From NCBI GenBank assembly GCA_965225945.1, contig CBDDBZ010000039.1, positions 384,001 through 448,000 of the forward strand: DNA of 64,000 nucleotides, read 5' to 3'. Both the position numbers and the translations under genes were made by a program. The notes below the pieces were generated by a model, which worked only from the letters and a program-made list of their open reading frames with translations, had not been told where the DNA came from and did not search any database. The first letter of the stretch is position 1. Each line of letters opens with the position of its first letter. This DNA comes from Alphaproteobacteria bacterium (GTDB taxonomy: Bacteria > Pseudomonadota > Alphaproteobacteria > GCA-2731375). Of the stretch, positions 43,736 through 53,546 are shown piece after piece.

Positions 43736-46132
43736 TCAACGCTGGTCGGCGAGGGCGCCGTCGGGCGCGGCGCCGATCCGCGCCGCGACCCCGGCGCCGC
43801 CGCCCGCGGCCTCGGGATCGGGCTCCGGCGCGTTGTCGCCGGCGGCCGTCCTGACCATCACCTGGCGGCCGGCGAACTCGACCCCCATTTCCGCGAACAG
43901 ATCGCAAATCCGCTGGTAGGCGACCCGGCGCAGCACGAACTGCTCGCGCGGCAGGCACATGAACTTCGTGCGCAGGATGATCGCGGTCTCGTCCATCCGT
44001 TGGATGCCTTGGCTCTTCAAGGGTTGCAGCAGCTTCGGCCCGTGCGTCGGATCGGCCAGCAACTCCTCGCCCAGCTTCTTGATCGCCTTGCGAATCTTCT
44101 CGATGTCGACATCGTGCGGCAGGCGGAATTCCATCTTGTAGATCACCCAGTCGCGATTGTAGTTGGTGACCGTGCGCAGCTCGCTGAACGGCACCGTGTG
44201 CACCGCGCCCCGGTGATGGCGGAGCCTGAGCGAGCGGAGCGAAATCGCCTCGACCTCGCCCCTGAGATCCTCGAATTCGATGTATTCGCCAATTCGGAAG
44301 GCGTCGTCGATCAGGAAAAAGATGCCGGAGACGATGTCCTGGACCAGCTTCTGGGCGCCGAAACCGATGGCGAGGCCGATGATGCCGGCGCCGGCGATCA
44401 GCGGGGCGATGTTGATTCCGGTGTTGGCGAGCGCGATCATGATGGCGAAGACGACGAGCACAATTTTCGCCGTCGTCCTGAGCAGCGGCATCAGGGTCTC
44501 GAGCCGGGTTTGCGGCGCGCCCGCGCCCTCGTCGTCCGCCGTCGACCGGCGCTCGCCCGGCATGTGGGGATTGATGAAGGAGGCGAACAGCCGCCAGAGC
44601 AGGTAGGAGACGGCGAAGGTCGCGAAGAGGCTGAACAGGATCGAGAACAGATGGGCCTGCGCCGCCTGGGCGCCGAGTCCGGTGAGGTCGATACCGACCA
44701 GGCTCGAGACGAAGAAGGCGACGAGCAGCGCCACCACCACCCGCAGGGCCTGCTGGGCGATCTGGACATAGCGTTCACGCGCCTCCACGCGGCCGCTCGC
44801 CTCGGCGATGGCCGGGGAATATGCGCCTTCCTCCGCGATCGCCGTCGCCTCGCCCGCCACCGGTGGCTCGTCCTCGGGTGGCCGGCTCGCCTCCGCTTCC
44901 TCCCGTACTAGCTCGGCCCGCGCCTCTTCCACCGCGAAGAGCCCTCGCAAGGCCTGATCGCACCAGCGATCGATCGCCGGCAGACTGGCGAGGAAGGCGA
45001 TTCCGGCCGCCGCCGCCCAGATCCCCGTCGCTTGCCGCATCAACATGCCGTCGGCCCAGTGCAGCCAGACCGCGACGACATAGCCGATCAAGACGTAGGG
45101 CGCGAGGCGGGCGAGCCGCCGGCGCGCCAGCGTCTCCCGCTCGCCCACGATGGCTTGCCCGAGCATGCCCGAGCCGCGTAGCACCATCGCGATCAGTCCC
45201 ACCGCCATCGCCCCACCGGTAAGCGTCACCACCGTCAGATGGCTCGGCAGTGTCATTCCGGCCAGGATCACCAGCCCGGCGGCGAGCCAGAGCACGATGG
45301 CGACGCCGGCGAGCGCGGTCAGCCAGCGGGCGAGAAAGACCGCCATGGGGTCCGATATCGGCAGCAGTCGCAAGCCCGGAGCGCGCGGCGCCAGGACGAA
45401 GCGGACCAGATAGGCGACCACCATCACCAGGAGCACGCCCGAGATCACGGTCACCACGAAGTTTCGCTCCGCGCCGCCGGCGGAATAACCGATCGTGACC
45501 GCGCCCAGCGACAGGGCGGCGAAGGCGAGGATCGGCAGGAGGTTCAGAAAGGCACGGTAGATCGCGCCCCCGACGTGGGCCAGGACGGCCCGGGGCAACT
45601 CGGCCCGAAGCATGGCGCGACGCCCTCGGGTCGCCCAACTCGCCGCCAGGTACCCGGCGAGGCCGAGCGCCAGGAAACCCAAGGCATGGAGCAAGAGGGG
45701 GCCCCAGCCGGTATCGCCCGCGATCTGCTTCAGGGATTGGGGGAGCTCGCCCGGCAGCCGAGCATAGCCCAATTGGAGCGTCTGCATATGACCTCGGATG
45801 CGTTGCGAGAGTGCCTCCAAACCCTTGCGAAAGCGGACCAGGGCGACGCCCAAGCCCCCGTCACCGCCGCCGCCACGGGCGCGCGCCTCGGCTCGCTCCG
45901 ACAGGACCTCTAGGAGACCGGCGCGGGCCTGCGCGTCGGTCAGTCCGGCGACCAGGCCCGCCACCGCGTCGGGCGCGATATCCTCGGGAAACTCGATGGC
46001 CTCGGATGCCTTGCCGCCGCTGGCGACCCAGCCCGGCATTTGCGCGAGCGCGGCTTTCGACGACGGCGCCAGGGCGACGAGCAGCGCCACCGCGCCCAGG
46101 ATACGAGCGAAGGATGCAGCCGCACGCGCCAT
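43736..46132 (-). CDS. Large MscS-family mechanosensitive channel
   Basis: Many TM segments; GLAIGFGAQKLVQDIVSG, AFRIGEYI, GEVEAISLRS. Confidence 0.9.
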   Translation of the reverse strand: MARAAASFARILGAVALLVALAPSSKAALAQMPGWVASGGKASEAIEFPEDIAPDAVAGLVAGLTDAQARAGLLEVLSERAEARARGGGGDGGLGVALVRFRKGLEALSQRIRGHMQTLQLGYARLPGELPQSLKQIAGDTGWGPLLLHALGFLALGLAGYLAASWATRGRRAMLRAELPRAVLAHVGGAIYRAFLNLLPILAFAALSLGAVTIGYSAGGAERNFVVTVISGVLLVMVVAYLVRFVLAPRAPGLRLLPISDPMAVFLARWLTALAGVAIVLWLAAGLVILAGMTLPSHLTVVTLTGGAMAVGLIAMVLRGSGMLGQAIVGERETLARRRLARLAPYVLIGYVVAVWLHWADGMLMRQATGIWAAAAGIAFLASLPAIDRWCDQALRGLFAVEEARAELVREEAEASRPPEDEPPVAGEATAIAEEGAYSPAIAEASGRVEARERYVQIAQQALRVVVALLVAFFVSSLVGIDLTGLGAQAAQAHLFSILFSLFATFAVSYLLWRLFASFINPHMPGERRSTADDEGAGAPQTRLETLMPLLRTTAKIVLVVFAIMIALANTGINIAPLIAGAGIIGLAIGFGAQKLVQDIVSGIFFLIDDAFRIGEYIEFEDLRGEVEAISLRSLRLRHHRGAVHTVPFSELRTVTNYNRDWVIYKMEFRLPHDVDIEKIRKAIKKLGEELLADPTHGPKLLQPLKSQGIQRMDETAIILRTKFMCLPREQFVLRRVAYQRICDLFAEMGVEFAGRQVMVRTAAGDNAPEPDPEAAGGGAGVAARIGAAPDGALADQR

Positions 46133-46317
46133 GTCGCCACCTCGCCGCTTCGCGACCTGTCGTCGAGCCCGCATCATCGACGTCCCGCCGCGCAGGTTCA
46201 AGCTCCGGGTGCCGGCGCCACCGCCGCGCGCGCCGCTTCCGCCCGGGCCTCTTTGGTCCCGCACGAATCGCGCCTATTCTCGCCTCGGCGAACAATTCAG
46301 TGGACGGGGGATGATCC

Positions 46318-47295
46318 ATGCGGGCGATGGTGTGCCGGGTCTGGGGCGCGGTCGAGGCGCTGGAGTTGGATGACGTGCCGGCGCCGACGCCGGGCGACGA
46401 CGAGATCTTGATCGAGGTCAAGGTGACGGCGGTGAATTACGCCGATTCGCTTCTGGTCGCCGGCAACTATCAGACCAAGCCGGCCTTCCCCTTCAGCCCG
46501 GGCTTGGAAACCGCGGGCGTGGTGGGCGAGGTCGGCGCCCAGATCACCCGCTTCGCCCCGGGGGACCGGGTGATGGCGGTGCTGGCCCATGGCGGCTTGG
46601 CGGATCGCGTCCTCGCCAAGGAGGCCGAATGCTTCTCCATCCCCGAGGAAATGGGTTTCGTCGAGGCCGGCGCCTTTCCGGTCTCCTACCTCTCGAGCCA
46701 TGTCGCCATCCGCTGGCAGGGCCGCCTCGAGGCGGGCGAGAGCATGCTGGTGCTGGGCGCCGCCGGCGGTGTCGGCATCCCCGCGGTCGAAATCTCCAAG
46801 GCGATGGGCGCCCGCGTCCTCGCCGGCGCCAGCACGCCCGAGAAGCTGGCCGTCGCGCGGGCCCATGGCGCCGACGAGCTGATCGACTACGCCCGCGACA
46901 ATCTGAAAGACCGGGTGATGGCGCTGACCGACGGCAAGGGCGTCGACGTGGTGTTCGATCCGGTGGGGGGTGACTTGTTCGATTCGGCACTCTCTTCCCT
47001 CGGCTGGGGCGGGCGGATCTTGCTGGTCGGCTTCGTCGGCGGAATCCCTCGCATTCCGGCCAATCGCCTGCTGGTCAAGCACCGCTCGGCGCTGGGCTCG
47101 GCGCTGCGCTACTTCCGCTGGCATGCGCCGGAGAAGCTGGCACGCTCGGCCGAGGAACTCATGCGCTGGTACGCCGAGGGCAAGTTGAAGCCGCTGGTCT
47201 CCGAGCGCTATCCGCTGGAAGAGAGTGCCAAGGCGATCCGCCGCCTGACCGAGCGCCAGGCCCACGGCAAGGTCGTGGTCGTCGTCGCCGAGTGA
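46318..47295 (+). CDS. NADPH:quinone oxidoreductase (zeta-crystallin/MDR family)
   Basis: PGLETAG, LGAAGGVG, DPVGG, GKVVV. Confidence 0.92.
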   Translation: MRAMVCRVWGAVEALELDDVPAPTPGDDEILIEVKVTAVNYADSLLVAGNYQTKPAFPFSPGLETAGVVGEVGAQITRFAPGDRVMAVLAHGGLADRVLAKEAECFSIPEEMGFVEAGAFPVSYLSSHVAIRWQGRLEAGESMLVLGAAGGVGIPAVEISKAMGARVLAGASTPEKLAVARAHGADELIDYARDNLKDRVMALTDGKGVDVVFDPVGGDLFDSALSSLGWGGRILLVGFVGGIPRIPANRLLVKHRSALGSALRYFRWHAPEKLARSAEELMRWYAEGKLKPLVSERYPLEESAKAIRRLTERQAHGKVVVVVAE

Positions 47296-47315
47296 GTCGG
47301 GGAAAGGTGAGGGCG

Positions 47316-48071
47316 ATGGAGATCCGAACCCACGAACACGGCGCCCATATCACCGTGGTCACGATCGACAATCCCCGGGCGATGAACGCCATGAGCCGCG
47401 AGATGCTGGGCGATCTGGCTAAGCTTTGGGATCGCCTCGAGGATTCGAAGTGCCGCGTCGTCGTCGTCACCGGCGCGGGGAACCGCGCCTTCTCCGCCGG
47501 CGCCGACATGGCGGGCGATCTCGGCGCGAGCGAAGACTTGGCCCGCGACATCAACCGAGGCCTCCTGAAGACCAGCGGCTTCTCCCGCCCGATCGTCGCC
47601 GCCGTCAACGGCGATTGCGTCGCCGGCGGGTTGGAACTGCTGCTCTCGACCGACATCCGCATTGCCGCCGAGCACGCGCGCTTCGGCCTGCCGGAGGTCA
47701 AATGGTCGATCTATCCCTTCGGCGGCGCCACGGTGAAGCTCATCCACCAGATCGGCTATGTCCACGCCATGGACCTGCTGTTGACCGCCCGGCTGATCGA
47801 TGCCCAGGCCGCCCAGCGGATCAACCTGGTGAACGAGGTGGTGGCGGGCCCGGAGGTGCTGGCGCGCGCGCTGGCAATCGCCGAGACCATCGCCGCCAAC
47901 AGCCCGAGCGCGGTGCAGGCGGTACGTCGCCAGATCAGCGAGACCATCGCCGAGCACGCGCTCTCTCGCGAGGCGCTGGAACAGCTGCTGGGCGATCAGG
48001 TCCGCGCCAGCGAGCATTTCAAGGAGGGCGTCGCCGCCTTCCTGGAGAAACGCCGGCCAAACTACGAATAG
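47316..48071 (+). CDS. Enoyl-CoA hydratase/isomerase family protein
   Basis: AFSAGADM, AVNGDCVAGGLE, FGLPEV. Confidence 0.92.
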   Translation: MEIRTHEHGAHITVVTIDNPRAMNAMSREMLGDLAKLWDRLEDSKCRVVVVTGAGNRAFSAGADMAGDLGASEDLARDINRGLLKTSGFSRPIVAAVNGDCVAGGLELLLSTDIRIAAEHARFGLPEVKWSIYPFGGATVKLIHQIGYVHAMDLLLTARLIDAQAAQRINLVNEVVAGPEVLARALAIAETIAANSPSAVQAVRRQISETIAEHALSREALEQLLGDQVRASEHFKEGVAAFLEKRRPNYE

Positions 48072-48102
48072 GCGCGCGCCGCACTGAACGAGGAGGGTCC
48101 CG

Positions 48103-50025
48103 GTGATGAAGTCGTACGGCCATACCGCCCTGGCGCTCTTGGGGGGCGTGCTCGTGGTTGGTCTCGTTTCGGCGCTATTCACGCAGGCCCCCGGGCCTGG
48201 TATTTCCACGCCGCCAGCGGACACCGATTCCATCGCCACGATCGGCGAGCCGGACGAGAGGCGCGCTGGCCCCGCCGCGACCGGTGCGTCGCCCGGGCAG
48301 GGTGAACCGGGCGGCCGGGAGGCCGGCCTGAGCGTGGTGCCAGTCGAGCGGTTCATCGCCCCACCTCCGCCCGTGCGCGACGCGGCACCCGCTTACCCCG
48401 AGGTGGACCCGAGACCCGAGCGCCGGAAGACGGTCCTTGGCAATCTTTTGTTCGTCATCCGCGATTATCACGAGGTTCCGCTCCCCAGGGTTCTCATCAG
48501 GCTGAACTCGGAGTTCGGAGCGGAGACGGCGCTCACCGGGAGCGGAGGCGAGGCGGCGTTCGGCGCGCTTTTTGCCGGTCGGTATTCCTATCGGGTCGAG
48601 GCCCCCGAGCGACCGGAGCTCGCCGCCGCATCGCTCGCACTGGCCGAGGGCGAGGAGCGGATGGTGGAACTGTGGCTCGGGGACTACGACCGCAGCCTCG
48701 AGGGCCGCATCCTGGATCAGGACGGTAAGCCGGTGGCTGGGCTGACGGTGACGGCGCGGCCGTACCACGGGCCGGCGGCCACGGACTCGCTCGTGGCGAG
48801 GGAGCAACGGGCCGAGAGCGGTCCCAACGGGTGGTTCGAGCTCACCGGGCTCGGCGCGGGCGAGCATGAGCTACGCACCCTTGCCACCGACCGCTACGCT
48901 TCCGCGAGGACGATCGTGCGCGCGGGCGCCGACGGCGCGGTTCTTTTGGTCACCGAACGCCGGACGTTGAAGATCATCGGCCAGGTCACCGACGCGGCGG
49001 GGAAGCCGCTCGCCGGGGTCGAGGTATCGGAACTCTGGGGCCGGGGTCGGCGAACGCGGAGCGATGCGGTGGGAGAGTACTCACTCTCCTTCGAAGCCTC
49101 TGGGTCTAGCGGCCACCACCGTTTTCGCTTTGAGTTGAAAGGTTACCGGCCAGAGCACCTGGCTCTCGAAGCGGCGGCCCGTCGCGATGAGGGGCCCATG
49201 CGGCTCGATGCGCGCCTCGAGCCGATCGAGCAAACGCTCGAAGTCGCGGCCTACCTGATGGATGAACAGGGCGTACCGGTCGTTGGTGAACGGATGCATC
49301 TGTATTCGCGGCGATTGAATACCCAGTACCAAGGAATGAGCGACGCGGAGGGTAGGGTCGTTTTGCCCGCGGTGTTGCCGAGTTCGGACTACCGGCTGTC
49401 GGTCCTGCCGAAGGCGCGCTACGAGACCATCTTGTGGCCGTCCCTCGACCTGATGGTCGAGCCGCCGCCGCTGGAGATCGTGCTGAAATCACGCGCGACG
49501 GGCGGGTTGAGGGGCCGGATGGTGGATGTGGGGGGAGAGCCGGTACCGCACTTCAGCATGTGGCTGCACAGCGACCAAGCACGGGGGCAATGGACCAAGG
49601 TGGTGGGGGATGGCTCCGGGTACTTCGAGGTGACGGACGTGCCGGACGGCCGTCTGACGCTGCAGACACGCTCGGAGCCGCAGTTTCGCACCACCGGGAT
49701 CGAGCTCGCCGCTGGTTCCGAGGCTTACGTCGAGATCGTGCTCGACTGGGGCGAATATTTTCTCGAACGACGGATTGTCAACGAGAAGGGCGAGCCGCTT
49801 GCGGGGGCTCGGATCCGCTTGGACTGGCTCGACGGGGAGTGGCTGGTGGGTCAAAGTTCCATCCGACAGTCGGTCACCGACAGCACCGGCGCTTTCGTGC
49901 TCTCTCGGCTCGGTGGCGGCCCCTACGGGCTGAGGGTCAGCGCCGCCGGTCACGCTACCAAGCAACTGGGATTGGGGTTCGGCGAGGAATGGGTCCAGGT
50001 GCGGCTCCTCTCGCTCGAGCAATAG
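48103..50025 (+). CDS. Membrane-anchored protein with tandem carboxypeptidase-regulatory-like beta domains
   Basis: N-terminal TM, then repeated G(R/Q)(I/V)xDxxGxP(V/L)AG...(T/S)DxxGxF motifs. Confidence 0.75.
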   Translation: MMKSYGHTALALLGGVLVVGLVSALFTQAPGPGISTPPADTDSIATIGEPDERRAGPAATGASPGQGEPGGREAGLSVVPVERFIAPPPPVRDAAPAYPEVDPRPERRKTVLGNLLFVIRDYHEVPLPRVLIRLNSEFGAETALTGSGGEAAFGALFAGRYSYRVEAPERPELAAASLALAEGEERMVELWLGDYDRSLEGRILDQDGKPVAGLTVTARPYHGPAATDSLVAREQRAESGPNGWFELTGLGAGEHELRTLATDRYASARTIVRAGADGAVLLVTERRTLKIIGQVTDAAGKPLAGVEVSELWGRGRRTRSDAVGEYSLSFEASGSSGHHRFRFELKGYRPEHLALEAAARRDEGPMRLDARLEPIEQTLEVAAYLMDEQGVPVVGERMHLYSRRLNTQYQGMSDAEGRVVLPAVLPSSDYRLSVLPKARYETILWPSLDLMVEPPPLEIVLKSRATGGLRGRMVDVGGEPVPHFSMWLHSDQARGQWTKVVGDGSGYFEVTDVPDGRLTLQTRSEPQFRTTGIELAAGSEAYVEIVLDWGEYFLERRIVNEKGEPLAGARIRLDWLDGEWLVGQSSIRQSVTDSTGAFVLSRLGGGPYGLRVSAAGHATKQLGLGFGEEWVQVRLLSLEQ

Positions 50026-50101
50026 CGCGCCCCTCGAACGACCAGAACCTCCACGCGCTCGCGCGACTCGCGGCGTTCTTCGCTTCGCTCCGCGCGAATT
50101 T

Positions 50102-51043
50102 TTACCGATCAGATGGATCGGCGCGCGCCGAGAGGATCGATTCGTCCTCCGCCGCCATCGCCAGCATCCAATCGACGAAGGCCTCGACCTTGGCGCTCTC
50201 GAGGGCGCCGGGCGGCAGCGCCACGTAGTAGGCGAAGCTCGCCGGCAGCGCCACCTCGAAGGGCTTCACCAGGCGGCCAAGGGCCAGGTCGGCCGAGGCG
50301 AGCGCGCTTCGCCCCAGCGCCACGCCCTGACCCTCGACGGCGGCCTGGATGATCATCGAGGAATCGGTGTAGCCGGGACCCCGATCCGGATTCACGCCCT
50401 CGACGCCCGCAGCCATCAGCCAGGCCCGCCAATCCTGGCGCATGTCGTCGTGCAGCAGGGTGTGGCACGCCAAGTCCTCCGGCCGGCGGAGCGGCCTGGG
50501 ACCTTCCAGCAGGCGCGGGCTGCAGACCGGGAAGAGGTCCTCGTCCATCAGCTTGATTACCTCGACGCCGGGCCATTTTCCGTTGCCCATGCGAATGGCG
50601 AGATCGACGTCGTGGCGGGCGAAATCGACCAGCCGATCGTCGGCGCTGATGCGGACGTCGATGTCGGGATGGAGCGCACGGAAATCGGCCAAGCGGGGCA
50701 GCAGCCATTTGGCGGCGAAGGAGGGGATGGCGCTGACCGTGAGCGGCCCGCGCGGATCCAACAGCGCGAGGCGGCGCGTCGCCTCGGCGATTATGTCCAG
50801 CGCCTCGCGCACCGGTCCGAGGTAGCTCTGCCCCTCGCGCGTCAGGTAGATCGCCCGGGTCTCGCGATGAAACAGGCGCACGCCCAGCCAGCCTTCCAGT
50901 GCCTTCACCTGATGGCTGACCGCCCCCTGGGTCACGGCCAATTCGTCGGCCGCCTTGGTGAAGCTCAGATGGCGCGCGGCGGCCTCGAAGGCACGAATCG
51001 CGTTCAACGGCGGCAGGCGCCGTCGGGGAGTCGGATCATACAT
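50102..51043 (-). CDS. gcvA: GcvA-like LysR transcriptional regulator
   Basis: LPPLNAIRAFEAAARHLSFTKAADELAVTQGAVSHQVK. Confidence 0.85.
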   Translation of the reverse strand: MYDPTPRRRLPPLNAIRAFEAAARHLSFTKAADELAVTQGAVSHQVKALEGWLGVRLFHRETRAIYLTREGQSYLGPVREALDIIAEATRRLALLDPRGPLTVSAIPSFAAKWLLPRLADFRALHPDIDVRISADDRLVDFARHDVDLAIRMGNGKWPGVEVIKLMDEDLFPVCSPRLLEGPRPLRRPEDLACHTLLHDDMRQDWRAWLMAAGVEGVNPDRGPGYTDSSMIIQAAVEGQGVALGRSALASADLALGRLVKPFEVALPASFAYYVALPPGALESAKVEAFVDWMLAMAAEDESILSARADPSDR

Positions 51044-51048
51044 TATAT

Positions 51049-51071
51049 TTTCTCAGTCATATGATGAGAAA
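51049..51071. promoter_or_regulatory. Palindromic site between the LysR and DUF1127 genes
   Basis: TTTCTCA-N9-TGAGAAA immediately upstream of the LysR start. Confidence 0.5.
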
Positions 51072-51153
51072 CCATGCTTTGTATTGCACCGCGACAATAG
51101 CTAAGTTTATCCCATGGAAACAGTCGTTGACCCGCATTAGTGGAGGTAAGGCC

Positions 51154-51357
51154 ATGATCCGTACGAGCACAATTCGCATGACCACGTTTGATCCTATTCG
51201 GATGCTGGCGGCGAATTTCGGCACCCTCTCGACCTGGCACCAGCGGTTCCGTCAGCGCCTCGCCTTGGCGAGCCTGGAGCCGAGGATGCAGCGCGACGTC
51301 GGCTTGACGCCGGGCAAGGCCGCGATCGAGGCGGCGAAGCCCTTCTGGCTCGCCTGA
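51154..51357 (+). CDS. DUF1127 small protein
   Basis: WHQRFRQRLALASLEPRMQRDVGLT...EAAKPFW; GGAGG RBS; divergent from LysR. Confidence 0.85.
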   Translation: MIRTSTIRMTTFDPIRMLAANFGTLSTWHQRFRQRLALASLEPRMQRDVGLTPGKAAIEAAKPFWLA

Positions 51358-51390
51358 GGCGTTTCGCCGGCGCAGTTCCCGAAGCCCCCG

Positions 51391-51448
51391 ACCCCGGACC
51401 CCCGGCCGCGCGACCCCGCAAAAAGGCGCGGCTGGAGCGGTCCGGGGT
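51391..51448. terminator. GC-rich hairpin between convergent units
   Basis: ACCCCGGACC/GGTCCGGGGT and CCGGCCGCGC/GCGCGGCTGG. Confidence 0.45.
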
Positions 51449-51490
51449 GATTTTCACCGCAGTCGCGGTGCAAGCTCGCGCGGCTCGGTT

Positions 51491-51658
51491 CCAGCGGCGC
51501 TTCGAGGCGATGCGCGCGCCCTCGGCGAGCGAAGCGAGCTTGGCCCAGACCATCGAGGGCACGACCGCGTTTTTCGGTCCGGCGAAGCTGGCGAAGCCAC
51601 GGTCGGTGCCGCCGATCGCCCGCTCGCGCCCGACGATTCGGGCGTAATTCTCGAAGCG
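51491..51658 (-). pseudogene. MetE-like (methionine synthase II family) C-terminal remnant
   Basis: RFENYARIVGRERAIGGTDRGFASFAG...VWAKLASLAEGARIASKRRW; the family DCG motif reads DRG. Confidence 0.75.
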
Positions 51659-51735
51659 CCATGTCGTCGGTATGCGGCCCGGTCGACCCTGATAAGGGGC
51701 TGGGAGCGGGACGGGTCGAGCCGATTTTGAACGCT

Positions 51736-52641
51736 CTAAGCGGGGACCACTCTGCCGTCCCAGCCGGCCGAGGTCAGGATGTCCTTGTCGATGATGAGGC
51801 GCGCCGCCATGATCGGCCGTGGCGAAGTGCCGATGCGCAACTCGGCGACGATGCCGAGCAACATATAGGCCTCCTGGGCGCTGAGCCCGGTGTGCTCGGC
51901 GACGAAGCCGACGGCGGCCTGGGAGGCGTCCTCGGTCGCCGCCTCGACGGTCGGGCCGGTGCCCAGGATCTGCACCGTGTTCTCGAACTCGATGATCGGC
52001 CGGTCGATCGGGCTCGCCCGATGCAGGTCGATCCGCGCCCTGACCCGGGCCGTGCACTCGACGCCGGTGCCGCTGATGATGCCGTCGCTGACCGCGGCAT
52101 GGGGATCGGCCATGAAGACGAGCGCCTCGTCGACCATGACCGGCAGGTGCACGGTGGCGCCGACGGCGACGTCGCGCTGGTCGAAGTCGCCGCCATAGGC
52201 GCCTGCGTATGAGGGCTGATAGCCTTCTGGCGGCATCGTCGAGAGGGTGCCGAGATTGGGTCGGAGCGGGATCGGCACCCGATCGCCGAACCAGGCGTGA
52301 CCGTCGCGGATCGGGCAGGCGACGATGGCTGGTTCTTGGAAGGCCTCCTTCAGGACGCCGAAATTGCGCATGATCGCGTTCGAGCCGACGCCCTCAGGCT
52401 GCATCGACTTGATCTCGATGGCGACGCTGTCGCCGGGCTTGGCGCCGCGAACCGCGATCGGGCCGGCGATCGGCGCCAGGGGATGGCCTTCGCATTCAGG
52501 CGTGAACGGCGTCGGCACCGCGTTTATGTCATCGACATCCTCGAACGCGCCTTCCACGGTCACCTCGACCTCGCCGCCGGCGTCGATGATCATCATCGGC
52601 GGGGTCGATGGCCCGACGGAGAACAAATAAGTCTTGCTCAC
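51736..52641 (-). CDS. Acetamidase/formamidase family protein
   Basis: GPIAVRGAKPGD, YGGDFD, LPVMVDEA..DPHAAVSDG; AGGAG RBS. Confidence 0.85.
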   Translation of the reverse strand: MSKTYLFSVGPSTPPMMIIDAGGEVEVTVEGAFEDVDDINAVPTPFTPECEGHPLAPIAGPIAVRGAKPGDSVAIEIKSMQPEGVGSNAIMRNFGVLKEAFQEPAIVACPIRDGHAWFGDRVPIPLRPNLGTLSTMPPEGYQPSYAGAYGGDFDQRDVAVGATVHLPVMVDEALVFMADPHAAVSDGIISGTGVECTARVRARIDLHRASPIDRPIIEFENTVQILGTGPTVEAATEDASQAAVGFVAEHTGLSAQEAYMLLGIVAELRIGTSPRPIMAARLIIDKDILTSAGWDGRVVPA

Positions 52642-52718
52642 CACTGTCTCCTTTTCGCTGCTTTGCAACCACCCCATCATCGAGGCCACGCAAAACGGAT
52701 GCAATCGGCCGGGCGCCG

Positions 52719-52832
52719 CTAAACATTTTCGATATTCATCGAATCGCCGGCCTCCGGCGGCGCCAGCAGGTCGTGGGCACGCGGCAGGCTGGCGACGTGG
52801 GTCGTCACTATCCGCGCGCGGCTCGTTTGCAT
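52719..52832 (-). pseudogene. MetE-like N-terminal remnant
   Basis: MQTSRARIVTTHVASLPRAHDLL (family pattern RILTTHVGSLPRP). Confidence 0.7.
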
Positions 52833-52849
52833 GCCGACCCGCGCGCCCT

Positions 52850-53395
52850 TCAGGCGACCTGTTCCAGCGCCTCTTGCTCGATCTCGAGCTGCAGCACGTC
52901 GTTGAAACGGTTGAAGGCGCCGCAGAGCGCGATCCGCCAAGTGAGCTCAACGATCTCCGGCTCCGAGAAGTGCTCGCGCAGGCGAAGGAACATGGTGTCG
53001 CGGACCCGGTGGAAATCGTCGGTGACCTGGATCGCGTACTCGACCACCAGCTTGTCAACCTCGTCCAGCTCCGGGTGCTCGGCGTAGTCGGGCAGCCGCT
53101 CCACGCCTTCCGGCGAGACGCCCTCGATCGCGAGGAACGGCCCGTGATGGGCGAGGCAATAGTCGCAGGCGTTGAGCTTGGAGACGGTGACCAGCGCCAG
53201 CTCCAGATGGCGGCGGTTCAACACGCCCTCCGCCTTCAGGTCCAGCAATAGGCCGAAGACGTGTTCCAGCATCGGGCCCCGATGGGCCATGGCGCCGACC
53301 AAGCTGGCGAACGGCCCGTAGGTCGACATCTGCTCATAAAGCGGGCGCAAGCGCTCCGCCACGTCCTCGATGGGCACATGGGATACCCGCGCCAT
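52850..53395 (-). CDS. Carboxymuconolactone decarboxylase/AhpD family protein
   Basis: VSKLNACDYCLAHH, EIVEL, FNRFND. Confidence 0.88.
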   Translation of the reverse strand: MARVSHVPIEDVAERLRPLYEQMSTYGPFASLVGAMAHRGPMLEHVFGLLLDLKAEGVLNRRHLELALVTVSKLNACDYCLAHHGPFLAIEGVSPEGVERLPDYAEHPELDEVDKLVVEYAIQVTDDFHRVRDTMFLRLREHFSEPEIVELTWRIALCGAFNRFNDVLQLEIEQEALEQVA

Positions 53396-53546
53396 GATCA
53401 ATCTCCCTCGAATCGGTTTGCTCGGCTTCCTCGCCCGCGAGACTACCCGAGCTGGGCCCAAGTCGAAAGAATTCACCACGCCCTTGTGATAAGCGTGACC
53501 GCATGAGCGGCCAAGGAATTCTGTCAGCAGCTTTCCGCGCACGCCC

